A DNA stretch of 64,000 nucleotides from Candidatus Harrysmithiimonas galli (GTDB lineage: Bacteria > Bacillota > Bacilli > CAJFEE01): assembly GCA_904373265.1 (NCBI GenBank), contig CAJFEE010000001.1, forward strand, positions 18,666 through 82,665, read 5' to 3'. The notes beneath the pieces are model-generated. The model made no database searches, had not been told where the DNA came from, and was given only the letters and a program-made list of their open reading frames with translations. Shown one piece after another: positions 10,916-19,786 of the stretch. How positions within the stretch are numbered: the first letter of the stretch is position 1; each line of letters begins with the position of its first letter. The position numbers were made by a program, and so were the translations under genes.

Positions 10916-11353
10916 ATGGAACAATTACACAAAAGCTTAAACCAACAAATTGCAAACTGGAGCGTTCTTTACACAAAACTGCACAAATATCATTGGTATG
11001 TAAAAGGACCTGCATTCTTTAAGCTACATGAAAAATTTGAAGAATTTTATAATGAAGCGACTTTAATGGTAGACGAAGTTGCAGAGCGCTTATTAACCAT
11101 TGGCGGTCAACCATTGGCTACTTTAGGTGAATATGTTGCAAATGCAAGCATTAAAGAAGATACCAATATCAATTTAACCGCAGAACAAATGGTCACTGAA
11201 CTGATTGCAGACTATGAAACATTGGTGAAAGAATCTCGTGCACTCATTGCGCTTGCAGAAGAAGCAGAAGATCAAGAAACAGCAGATATTTTTACAGAAA
11301 AAATTTCTGAAATTGAAAAAGATGTATGGATGCTAAAAGCATTTTTAGGATAA
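10916..11353 (+). CDS. dps: Dps / MrgA mini-ferritin
   Basis: KLHKYHWYVKGP.FF.LHEKFEE, DEVAERLLTIGG, EKDVWML motifs; AGGAGG RBS. Confidence 0.96.
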   Translation: MEQLHKSLNQQIANWSVLYTKLHKYHWYVKGPAFFKLHEKFEEFYNEATLMVDEVAERLLTIGGQPLATLGEYVANASIKEDTNINLTAEQMVTELIADYETLVKESRALIALAEEAEDQETADIFTEKISEIEKDVWMLKAFLG

Positions 11354-11401
11354 TAAAATGCCAAACGCTGTAAAGATCAATAGACCAAATTAAATTTTAT
11401 A

Positions 11402-11455
11402 AAGAAGCAAGTGACTATAATAAGAAAAAATTCCATAAAGTCGCTTGCTTCTTTT
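11402..11455 (+). terminator. dps terminator
   Basis: AAGAAGCAAGTGACT...AGTCGCTTGCTTCTTTT stem followed by T-run. Confidence 0.75.
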
Positions 11456-11698
11456 ATTATATTTTATAAAAATCTGATTTTTCATTGTTTAACATGAAAT
11501 TTAGTGATTGTTTCTGTCAAGCATATTAGAAGATAAACCTTCCTTTTTTCTATCCACCAAATTCATAAGCTAAGTATATCTAAAATTCACTTTGTTCCAT
11601 TCGATCACAAATATTCTACTAAAAACGAGAAAGATTCACATTATTTTATATATATATTGTACCTCTATTGCTTTTTTCACTTGCTACCAACAGTTTTT

Positions 11699-11728
11699 GT
11701 CAACTTTTCTTTTGTACTTTCATATATT
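11699..11728 (+). promoter_or_regulatory. Putative sigE promoter of the cotJ operon
   Basis: GTCAACTT-N14-CATATATT; cotJ is sigE-dependent in B. subtilis. Confidence 0.5.
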
Positions 11729-11762
11729 GAAAAGTAAACACACATAGTGAGAGGTGACTTCC

Positions 11763-11909
11763 ATGAATGGTTATTGCAAGGATTGTCGATACTGTAAATT
11801 CGGATATTGTACACTGCTAAAAATAGCTATAGACCCTTTTGATACTTGTCGATGGTATGAAGATTTATTATTTCCTCCCTTATCCAAAGAGAATTCACAG
11901 CTTAATTAA
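11763..11909 (+). CDS. 48-aa Cys-rich microprotein (CxxCxxCxxxxC...C)
   Basis: MNGYCKDCRYCKFGYCTLLKIAIDPFDTCRWYEDLLFPPLSKENSQLN; strong GAGAGGTGA RBS 5 nt upstream; lies between a sigE-like promoter and cotJA. Confidence 0.7.
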   Translation: MNGYCKDCRYCKFGYCTLLKIAIDPFDTCRWYEDLLFPPLSKENSQLN

Positions 11910-11956
11910 TTTTTGTCATCCCATTATGTTTTAAATTTTTTGAGGAGGTTATCATT

Positions 11957-12196
11957 TTGAGTGATAAAAAAATTCCAAAATTCACTACACGAAAACCTTT
12001 TGAACAAGCATCTTTTGGAAATGATCCCTGTCCGCCATCTCCTGTTCCAAAAACCTATGTCACTCCCCCTATTTTATACATTGGATTCCAACCTCGAAAT
12101 TTGGAACAATATGACGCCAAAGAAGCTTTAAAATACGGGACACTTTGGCCTATTTTTAACGATCACTATAAAGATCCGTATCATATGAAAGGGTGA
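11957..12196 (+). CDS. cotJA: Spore coat-associated protein CotJA
   Basis: DPCPP..KTYVTPP, FQP.NL.QY..EALK.GTLWP motifs; TTG start after GAGGAGG. Confidence 0.9.
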   Translation: MSDKKIPKFTTRKPFEQASFGNDPCPPSPVPKTYVTPPILYIGFQPRNLEQYDAKEALKYGTLWPIFNDHYKDPYHMKG

Positions 12197-12465
12197 GCCA
12201 ATTGAAAAATACAGCATTGATAGAATACGAACAGCTAATAGAAGATCTACAAGCTGCACTATTTGTTATGCATGATCTAGATTTATATTTGGATACACAT
12301 CCAGATGATAGTGAAGCAATCACGCAATACAATGAATATTATAAATATAAAAAAGAACTGGTTGCATATATTGAAGCCAGATTTGGTCCAATTGAACAAT
12401 ACGCGGAAAATCCGACATCGAATCAATGGGCATGGGCAAAAGCTCCTTGGCCATGGCAATTATAA
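12193..12465 (+). CDS. cotJB: Spore coat protein CotJB
   Basis: LYLDTHPDD, FGP, W.W...PWPWQ motifs. Confidence 0.92.
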   Translation: MSQLKNTALIEYEQLIEDLQAALFVMHDLDLYLDTHPDDSEAITQYNEYYKYKKELVAYIEARFGPIEQYAENPTSNQWAWAKAPWPWQL

Positions 12466-12477
12466 GGAGGCAACCAC

Positions 12478-13047
12478 ATGTGGAAATATGAAAAAGTATT
12501 GCAAAGACCAGTAAAGGTCGGAAAATGTGATGTGAAAATGGCAAAATTTTTAAATTCACTTTATGGTGGTCCAGACGGTGAATTAAGTGCTGCGCTACGT
12601 TATATGAACCACCGATATTCCATGCCAGATCGAATTATCGGACTTTTGACAGATATTTCAACTGAGGAATTGGGACATCTGGAGATGATTGCAACAATGA
12701 TCTATAAATTAACAAAAGATGCAACTCCAGAAGAAATGGCTGCAAACGGACTTGGCGGACATTATATGGAACACGGAAATGGATTATACTACACAGATCC
12801 AAACGGTGTACCACATACGATTACTTACATCCAAAGCAAAGGAGATCCGATTACAGATCTTTATGAAGACATTGCAGCAGAAGAAAAAGCACGTTCAACA
12901 TACCAACATTTAATTAACTTATCTGACGATCCGGATCTAATTGATGGGCTTAAATTTTTACGTGAACGAGAAATTGTACATTCACAGCGTTTTCGAGAAG
13001 CTGTAGAAATTTTAAAAGAGGAAAAATCCAGTAAAAGGATCTTTTAG
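12478..13047 (+). CDS. cotJC: Spore coat protein CotJC (Mn-catalase family)
   Basis: MWKYEK, GGPDGELSAALRY, TEELGHLEM, EDIAAEEKAR, REREIVHSQRF motifs. Confidence 0.96.
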   Translation: MWKYEKVLQRPVKVGKCDVKMAKFLNSLYGGPDGELSAALRYMNHRYSMPDRIIGLLTDISTEELGHLEMIATMIYKLTKDATPEEMAANGLGGHYMEHGNGLYYTDPNGVPHTITYIQSKGDPITDLYEDIAAEEKARSTYQHLINLSDDPDLIDGLKFLREREIVHSQRFREAVEILKEEKSSKRIF

Positions 13048-13065
13048 TCCAACCTAAATATAAGA

Positions 13066-13102
13066 AGGCTCAACAAGTGATATATCTCTTGTTGAGCTTT
13101 TT
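13066..13102 (+). terminator. cotJ terminator
   Basis: AGGCTCAACAAG...CTTGTTGAGCTTTT. Confidence 0.75.
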
Positions 13103-13929
13103 ATTGAAAAATGCATAATCCAACTATAAAATTTTTATTTTTTTAGATAATTTGTCTTTTTCAGATTCGATCACTGGTCTCTGTTTGTACAACAACAATA
13201 CCGATACCTTCCTAACCAACTGACAAACAAACCGCTAATTTACTTTTGTAGTATATCTTACAATGGTATGTCATAGATTTTGATGGGGAAATTGCATAAC
13301 ATATTGATAAACCACCGATTTTTATAAGAATTGACAATTGGAACCAATATAAAAACTCTTGCATCAACCTCTTCAAAAACAACAAACACCCATGCAGACT
13401 TTACCGATATTCCCTATTTGATACATCCACACATAATCAGAAAATATTATAAAAAAATAGAACAAACAGGATCAAAATAAACTGTTATGAATCGGCAAAC
13501 AAAAATGTTCATGATTACAAGAACTGCAATGTTATCTATGTCATCTCAAACGGAATTTGTGTGCAAAAAGATGGTAAGTAAAAACTTTACGCATGGATAA
13601 AAAATAAAAGATGCTATGCTTAAATCTACAGAGCAAAAGAGAGATAAAAAACATTGCTGTAATAGAAAATCAAAATAAATCTGAAAAATACTGACAAAGG
13701 GGGACAAACTGGATTGAACTCCGCCATAAAAGTACAAATCAGTATATTCAAAAATAACTTTCTTAAATATGATTCATTCATAAAATACTTGTAGAAAGAA
13801 ACATAACAGACCCATTTTCACAGGAAGTTGACTCTCCCCACCAAAAAACAAATAGCAAAAAACTATATTTAATTTTTGTCTTTTCTTCATTTCATTTGAT
13901 TGATATGGATACTCGCATATCAGAAACTT

Positions 13930-14154
13930 TTATATAATAGGTTCGCCAGTTTCTTTATCAATAAATGATATTTTTAACTCAGCATTTAAAGCTTCGGCAA
14001 TTTTTTCTAGTTCAGATACCTTAAGCGTGTTTCTTTTAAATTTATTATGCATATTTTGTGGCGTTTGGTTCATTCTTCTTGCCAGCTCTGATTCCGTTAT
14101 GTTTCCTTTTTTCACTCTACATAAACTGATATATTCTCTTATGTCTGTATGCAC
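13930..14154 (-). CDS. XRE/Cro-type helix-turn-helix regulator
   Basis: 74 aa; ITESELARRMNQTPQNMHNKFKRNTLKVSELEKIAEAL HTH; GTG start with AGGAG RBS, 12 nt after the helicase stop. Confidence 0.85.
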   Translation of the reverse strand: MHTDIREYISLCRVKKGNITESELARRMNQTPQNMHNKFKRNTLKVSELEKIAEALNAELKISFIDKETGEPII

Positions 14155-14166
14155 ATTTGTTCTCCT

Positions 14167-15669
14167 TTACCATTCATTTAAAATTGTTTCTTTAAATTTT
14201 TTTATTTCTTCCTCATTATCCTTTATTTCGTTAATTCGCTCACGTAAATCTCTGATTAAACTGGATTTTTTCCTGATAGAATAGTCAATCCGCTCATCTA
14301 CAGACGAATGATAAAGAATGTCTATAATATGGACATTTTTATCTTGACCAATTTTATATACTCTATCCTCTGATTGTGTTCGCTTTGTATAATCATATGT
14401 ATTGTTATAATAAATCATATAATTCGACTTTTGGAGGTTGAGCCCTGTTCCACCAATATTGATATTGATAAGAGCAATATTGATATCCCCATTTATAAAA
14501 TGATCTATGCTCTCTTCTCTTTTTTTCTGCTTTATCTTTCCACTGAGTACAATATGATTCTCTTGTAGAACTTCCTGTAATAACTCCAAATCACTATTAT
14601 ACCTATACCATATAATTTTTTTGGCATCTGGTGGCATATGATTCAGCTCTTGTACAACAGCCTTTGCTTTGTCATTTGTTTTAAATTGAAATCTTGTAAT
14701 CATCTCTTGCTCTTTTAATGGATCGTAATCAATAAAGGTAGCATCGATATAGCCGCTGCATATTCTATGCAAATATCCAATCATATTAAAAATAATAAAA
14801 CTATCAAATTCTTCCAGATTAATTTTATTTAAAAAGTATTCTTTCACAGAATTATAGATCTTCCTTTGCTCCTTGCTCATGTATAAATATCTATTTTGAT
14901 AATTTTTCGGTGGAAGATCAAGACATTCCTTTTTTGTCACTTGATAAATATACGGGTTGATTTTTTGCGTGATGTACTCTATTTTACGACTCCCAATAAT
15001 CATACCTGGATATTTTTTGGAGTACTCTAAATGCCTTTTGGCAAAATCATAAAATGATTTATAGCCTAAAATTCCAGGATGCAAGATATACATCTGGGTA
15101 TATAGATCCCATACTCCATTCGTTATGGGTGTTCCAGTTAATATCAACTTATATTTTGCAAACTTGGATATATTGATTATTCTTTCAGTCCTTTTCGCTT
15201 TACGGTTTTTTATCATATGGCTCTCATCCACAACCAACATGAAATCATTTTTATATTTTTTTGCAAAGCAATAAACCATGTTATAAATACGATCTGATCT
15301 ACTGATACTTTCTATTCCGACAACACAGATATCCTCATTTCCGTATTTCTCTATATCTGCTATGCAAAAAAATGAATGTTTCTTTATATCTTTCTCAAGA
15401 TTTTTTTTTGTATTAATTGGACAAATCCATAGTACATTTTTTATTTTATTGCTCTTCTTTCTATACTGTACAAACTCTAATGTGGTTCTTGTTTTTCCTG
15501 TTCCCATATCCATAAATAATGCGCATGCTTGGATATCCTTTAGCTTGATAAATGCATTTTTTTGATGCTCCATCAGCTCAGTCTTTAATCCTTTCAATCC
15601 TATCGCCTCTGCTTCGTTTTTAAATGAACGACTCTCATGACCTGTCCATAATCTAGTATTGCTTATCAT
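14167..15669 (-). CDS. SNF2-family (DEAD/DEAH-box) helicase, mobile-element type
   Basis: Motif I MDMGTGKT, II VVDESH, III LTGTP, V GGTGLNLQ, VI QSEDRVYKIGQ; also K.ECLDLPPK. Confidence 0.92.
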   Translation of the reverse strand: MISNTRLWTGHESRSFKNEAEAIGLKGLKTELMEHQKNAFIKLKDIQACALFMDMGTGKTRTTLEFVQYRKKSNKIKNVLWICPINTKKNLEKDIKKHSFFCIADIEKYGNEDICVVGIESISRSDRIYNMVYCFAKKYKNDFMLVVDESHMIKNRKAKRTERIINISKFAKYKLILTGTPITNGVWDLYTQMYILHPGILGYKSFYDFAKRHLEYSKKYPGMIIGSRKIEYITQKINPYIYQVTKKECLDLPPKNYQNRYLYMSKEQRKIYNSVKEYFLNKINLEEFDSFIIFNMIGYLHRICSGYIDATFIDYDPLKEQEMITRFQFKTNDKAKAVVQELNHMPPDAKKIIWYRYNSDLELLQEVLQENHIVLSGKIKQKKREESIDHFINGDINIALININIGGTGLNLQKSNYMIYYNNTYDYTKRTQSEDRVYKIGQDKNVHIIDILYHSSVDERIDYSIRKKSSLIRDLRERINEIKDNEEEIKKFKETILNEW

Positions 15670-15674
15670 AGTTT

Positions 15675-15872
15675 TCGTATGAAATTTGCTACATATCAGA
15701 TATTTTGTTTTCCAAAAATCAATTTGTTTGATTTGATGCTCTTTGTTTCACCGATCCACTTGGCAATTGTGTTTCTTGATGGAATTGTAATACAATCTTA
15801 CTACAGATCATACTGGTTTTTTACTTCCTAATTTTTCCAATTTATATCAGACCCAAATATACTTATATTCAT
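15675..15872 (-). pseudogene. Eroded ORF between the ParB-like gene and the helicase
   Basis: ATG overlaps the upstream TGA (ATGA) and reads MNISIFGSDINWKN*, followed by broken frames such as KEHQIKQIDFWKTKY. Confidence 0.4.
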
Positions 15873-16522
15873 TTTATTCCTTCATTGCTTTTTAATCGAT
15901 CCTCAAACTCTTCCCATGATTTACTAAAAACATGATTTTGAAAAGCATCTTTCAATCCAGTAATTTGTTTGAGTCGAATGACCTCATCCAACTCCATTCC
16001 AATTTTTTGGCATATTTCATCGTCTGTCCATCCAGAACGAGTTAAATCAAGAACAATATCACTCATACTTCGGATTCGATGGCTTCCTCTTGCTCGATTG
16101 TGCCGAACTGTGCTTCCCATTCGTTCATCCAACGCTTTATCAATCACAACAACTGGAAGATATCCATTCAATCTCTGATTGATATCTTTATATTCTTTCC
16201 CGATTCTATTTCTATGGAATCCGTCTACAACTTCGTATTCACCGTTTCCTAAATGATAGACTACAATCGGTTGCGTATATCCATCCAGCTTAATAGAGGT
16301 ATACAATAGTTTCATCTCTGGTGGTGCTACCTCATTGGGATTGTATTCGTTGGCTTTCACCTTATCTGCCTTTACCCATATGACAGCGTTAACGGGTTCT
16401 TTTTGTGGGGATATCTCATTTAATTTTATCGTAATATAATTCAGAATTTCTATTTTTTGTTCTAAATCCAATTCTTCTAACTCTATTTTGATTTGATTTA
16501 AAATTTCGTTAATTCTTTTCAT
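15869..16522 (-). CDS. IbrB/YbdM-like ParB N-terminal domain protein
   Basis: ANEYNPNEVAPPEMKLL..SIK.DGYTQPIV, VVDGFHR, TVRHNRARG motifs and a C-terminal HTH; GGAGG RBS before the ATG at 16522. Confidence 0.92.
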   Translation of the reverse strand: MKRINEILNQIKIELEELDLEQKIEILNYITIKLNEISPQKEPVNAVIWVKADKVKANEYNPNEVAPPEMKLLYTSIKLDGYTQPIVVYHLGNGEYEVVDGFHRNRIGKEYKDINQRLNGYLPVVVIDKALDERMGSTVRHNRARGSHRIRSMSDIVLDLTRSGWTDDEICQKIGMELDEVIRLKQITGLKDAFQNHVFSKSWEEFEDRLKSNEGIK

Positions 16523-16523
16523 T

Positions 16524-16873
16524 TTATATTTTCCTCCATAATATATGGTTCTGAGTTTCTCTTTCCACATAAAAACTGAAACTGGTGAAAATTTCTACCG
16601 AACCTGTTTTAAGTAAACCGCTTTTATTCTTTGGTCTATGATTCTCACTGTTAAAATCATAGCCAAATACACATGCTTTATCATCTATAGGCGTCGTGTA
16701 AAATTGTTTATCCCTCTTTTTTGAATAACAATAAAACCATACATTCCCTTCTACTTTTTCCACATCCAACCATCATTTACTAGATCGGACATAATTTTTG
16801 ATATTTTCCATCTAAAAGTCTATAAAATTCTGATTGATCGGAGTGTTATCAAATATTGTTACGAGTATATCAA
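16524..16873 (-). pseudogene. Eroded ORF between the IbrA-like and IbrB-like genes
   Basis: TTG overlaps the upstream TGA after AAGGAG, with early stops; an 81-codon open stretch (16524-16769) ends 1 nt before the next start codon. Confidence 0.45.
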
Positions 16874-18165
16874 TCTACTCCTTTGTTTATCATAGCGGCT
16901 ATATTTTTAAGCTGTTTATCCTCCACATCTTCCGATAATAAGTTTGTATATTTTTTCTTTAATTCTATAATTCTCTGAACATCTGATTTGGTCTGACTGA
17001 AACTCAATCTTTTCATCCAAAAATCATTTTTTTCTATTGCACGGGCAATTCTTCTCCATGAGGCTGCTTTTTTGGCAGACTCCAGTTTTTTATCTGCTTC
17101 TTCTGGAATATCTTTTATGGATAACCCTTCATGTTTCTCAAACCATCTAAAAAACTTTCTAATTTTTTTTACATAGTGATCCCTTAATTCTGGACAATAT
17201 AACCCAAGACTTTCCAACAAAAAGACGGTATACTGTTCCCATGTCAAGTGTCTTGGCTTCTCTGATTTCATGTTTCCTAACAAACTTGTACGACAATATA
17301 TATTTCCGAAATTCGCACCATGTACACGATTCAATACTTTTTCCCATGTTTCTGGCTCTATCATACGAAACTGATCCAACCCATTCCTTTGATCATCACC
17401 ATAAGGTTGACATAGTCTTTGTTCATGGATACTTACACCGTTTTTATACATCCATTCATATACATAGTTATATTTTAAATCCAATTTGGCAATGGTTCCC
17501 CAAATGTCCTCTGTAGAAAAATCATATATCGGATAAAAATTGTATACAGATAATTCCTTCGTCCCATTTTTAACTTTAGTTGTCCATGCATAATTTTTAT
17601 ATCGTATTTTTCTGTTATTTACGATGGTACGAAAACGATTCATACTTTCATCCGAACGGATTCCAATTCCACAGCCAATAATTCCTTCGCTTTTTTTACT
17701 GATCCATTCTGCAAAATATACTGTAAATTCTTCAAATTCCATCCCTTTTTTAAACCAAACCCAATCTTCAGGATAATTCTCTTCTGTAATTGCATTTTTG
17801 GGGATATTTCTTACCCATTTATTTTGATCTGCCTTATCCCAACATATCCATTTTGGCTGAATCACTGAAACAGCGTTTCTTAATGAGATCGGCATAGCAA
17901 CCCAATACCAGTCAGCTACATCATCTGTCTCTTTTCTAAGCTCTTCAATATGATTGATGGTTTCTTTATATTGTGCTTCCAAATCAATGAAAAGCACCCC
18001 AAAATGCTTGTTCATTTTTCGGGCAACCCTTGCAGCAAGCTGCAACATAACAGAACTATCCTTTCCCCCAGATACACATAAATATATATTATTAAACTCA
18101 TAAAAAGCTTGCTCGATTCGATCTGCCGCTGCTTCCAATACATTTTTTTCATCATAGACTTTCAT
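16870..18165 (-). CDS. IbrA/YbdN-like PAPS-reductase family protein (DUF3440)
   Basis: PP-loop SGGKDS, FIDLEAQY, GIRSDESMNR, YPIYDF..EDIW, QRLCQPYG, EPETW..V.NRV.GANF, SWRR motifs; GAGGTG RBS before the ATG at 18165. Confidence 0.93.
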   Translation of the reverse strand: MKVYDEKNVLEAAADRIEQAFYEFNNIYLCVSGGKDSSVMLQLAARVARKMNKHFGVLFIDLEAQYKETINHIEELRKETDDVADWYWVAMPISLRNAVSVIQPKWICWDKADQNKWVRNIPKNAITEENYPEDWVWFKKGMEFEEFTVYFAEWISKKSEGIIGCGIGIRSDESMNRFRTIVNNRKIRYKNYAWTTKVKNGTKELSVYNFYPIYDFSTEDIWGTIAKLDLKYNYVYEWMYKNGVSIHEQRLCQPYGDDQRNGLDQFRMIEPETWEKVLNRVHGANFGNIYCRTSLLGNMKSEKPRHLTWEQYTVFLLESLGLYCPELRDHYVKKIRKFFRWFEKHEGLSIKDIPEEADKKLESAKKAASWRRIARAIEKNDFWMKRLSFSQTKSDVQRIIELKKKYTNLLSEDVEDKQLKNIAAMINKGVD

Positions 18166-18187
18166 ATTTTTCACCTCATCATTATCA

Positions 18188-18224
18188 TAAACATTAACGT
18201 TTAAAAATAAAACGATAACGTTTA
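18188..18224. promoter_or_regulatory. Twin palindromic operator-like sites upstream of the IbrA-like gene
   Basis: AAACATTAACGTTT (18189-18202) and AAACGATAACGTTT (18210-18223), 21 bp apart. Confidence 0.55.
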
Positions 18225-18431
18225 TTTTTTAAAAAAATAACATGAAAACCTTTTACAATGATATTTTAACGACTATAGCATCAAATTATCTTTTAAAATA
18301 AAAAAATTCTAAAATATATATTTTTCAGTTTGAATTTACTATAATTCACATAAAAAGACTTTCTACCATAAATAAACTTGATATGAGAAAGAAGCAAAGC
18401 AATATACATCCTATATTTTTGCATACAAAAA

Positions 18432-18469
18432 AAACAGTGAGATACAGAACAAATCTGTATTCACTGTTT
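18432..18469 (-). terminator. Hairpin / terminator downstream of the secreted protein gene
   Basis: AAACAGTGAGATACAGA-ACAAA-TCTGTATTCACTGTTT with an adjacent A-run. Confidence 0.65.
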
Positions 18470-18590
18470 ATGTGTACATATTTTAATTTAGCAACTATAA
18501 AAAGCTCGTTTTTTCTATACAATTAGAAAATGAGCCTACACGACATGCCTAAGGAAACAACTTCAAATAGAATCCATTCTGACTAGATTT

Positions 18591-19583
18591 TTAAAATAAA
18601 GGATTAAAATCTTGATAGATCGTTCCAATTTCTTCACCGTTTTGATCATATACTTTCAACGTATGACTTCCGACCCAAAAAGTCTTTGTAATGGAAGAAT
18701 CTTCTTCCCATTTTACTGTAATTTTATAACAAAGCTCATTTTGAAAAACTTGATCCTCCATCTCAAGATTAGAAACTGTAACCCAATCATTTTTTAATGA
18801 TCGAATAAAAGCAACCATATAATCTCTTGCATATATAACATCTTGTATTTCTGAACGATCGTTAATAGAAGAATTGATATCAGTTTGATTGCTACTTGAC
18901 CCAGATGAATTGATATGCTGCGGATAATTCGATGCATTGTCTGAGTTTATTGTATTGTTTTGGCTATTGGTTGCATGATCTGTATTTGTTGCATTGCTTT
19001 GACTCTCGGATGTATGATCTGTACTTGTTGTATTGCTTTGACTCTCAGATGTATGATTTGTATTTATTGCATCACTTTTATGATTGGATGATCCGCTACT
19101 GGTCTGTGTTCTTGTAGCTGATGTAGAATTCTCTTGATGACTACCTGATTTTGCAGAGCTTTGTGGCTTAGAATCGGAAGCTATTTTTGATGATGCGGTT
19201 TGATCTGACTGCAATTGATTTAATGTACTCTGAATTTGATCCAATCTTTCTTTTGGTACTTCTTGTGTGTAATTTTTTTCAGAATCTTGAGAAGAAGCAC
19301 CATCTGATTTCAAAATATCGGCAACCGTTTCCCCTTCTTCTGCTTCATCTAAAGATTTTTTCTCGTTTGTGGTCAACTGTGACTCATTTTCCTCATTTGT
19401 TACCTGCTTTTTAGAATCATCTGTATTTCCCCCAGCCGATTGCTTTTGATCAGAATTTTGAATTTTCTTCTGCACTTCTTCTGCTTGGTTATTTTTTTTC
19501 AAATAAGAATAAGACAGATAACCGCTTAAACCCGTAAAAAGAAGCATAATCACAAGCATACCTACTGCAAATTTATTGTTCAT
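18591..19583 (-). CDS. Membrane-anchored/secreted Ser-Asn-Thr-rich protein with a small C-terminal globular domain
   Basis: N-terminal TM helix, long low-complexity linker, C-terminal ~75 aa (CYKITV...FWVGSHTLKVYD); GAGGTG RBS. Confidence 0.8.
   Translation of the reverse strand: MNNKFAVGMLVIMLLFTGLSGYLSYSYLKKNNQAEEVQKKIQNSDQKQSAGGNTDDSKKQVTNEENESQLTTNEKKSLDEAEEGETVADILKSDGASSQDSEKNYTQEVPKERLDQIQSTLNQLQSDQTASSKIASDSKPQSSAKSGSHQENSTSATRTQTSSGSSNHKSDAINTNHTSESQSNTTSTDHTSESQSNATNTDHATNSQNNTINSDNASNYPQHINSSGSSSNQTDINSSINDRSEIQDVIYARDYMVAFIRSLKNDWVTVSNLEMEDQVFQNELCYKITVKWEEDSSITKTFWVGSHTLKVYDQNGEEIGTIYQDFNPLF
18975..19072. repeat. 39-bp tandem repeat (about 2.5 copies; 13-aa unit TDHTSESQSNxTx)
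   Basis: ATGATCTGTATTTGTTGCATTGCTTTGACTCTCGGATGT / ATGATCTGTACTTGTTGTATTGCTTTGACTCTCAGATGT / ATGATTTGTATTTATTGCAT. Confidence 0.9.
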
Positions 19584-19786
19584 ACTTTCACCTCTTATAT
19601 TCCTAATTAAATCGTACAAAACAATACCATAAAAAGCAATCTTTTATTTCGTTTATAATAAACATAATATAAAAAATGCCTGAGTACACATTTCCCAGAC
19701 ATTTTCTTGATTTTCTTAAAAAAATTGATTTCCAATTCAACTTTACTTTGTTTTTGTCCGATAAAATTTTACTGGTTCACTCAGTC

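Noticed and set aside
13150-13860. Left flank of the accessory operon: searched for att sites, integrase or IS remnants (GTTGACTCTCCCCAC resembles an IS605 right end)
   Set aside because: No direct repeat shared with the right flank; matches too short.
18975-19072. 39-bp repeats as a CRISPR array
   Set aside because: Head-to-tail, in-frame coding repeats with no spacers and no cas genes; no CRISPR array, tRNA or rRNA seen in the window.
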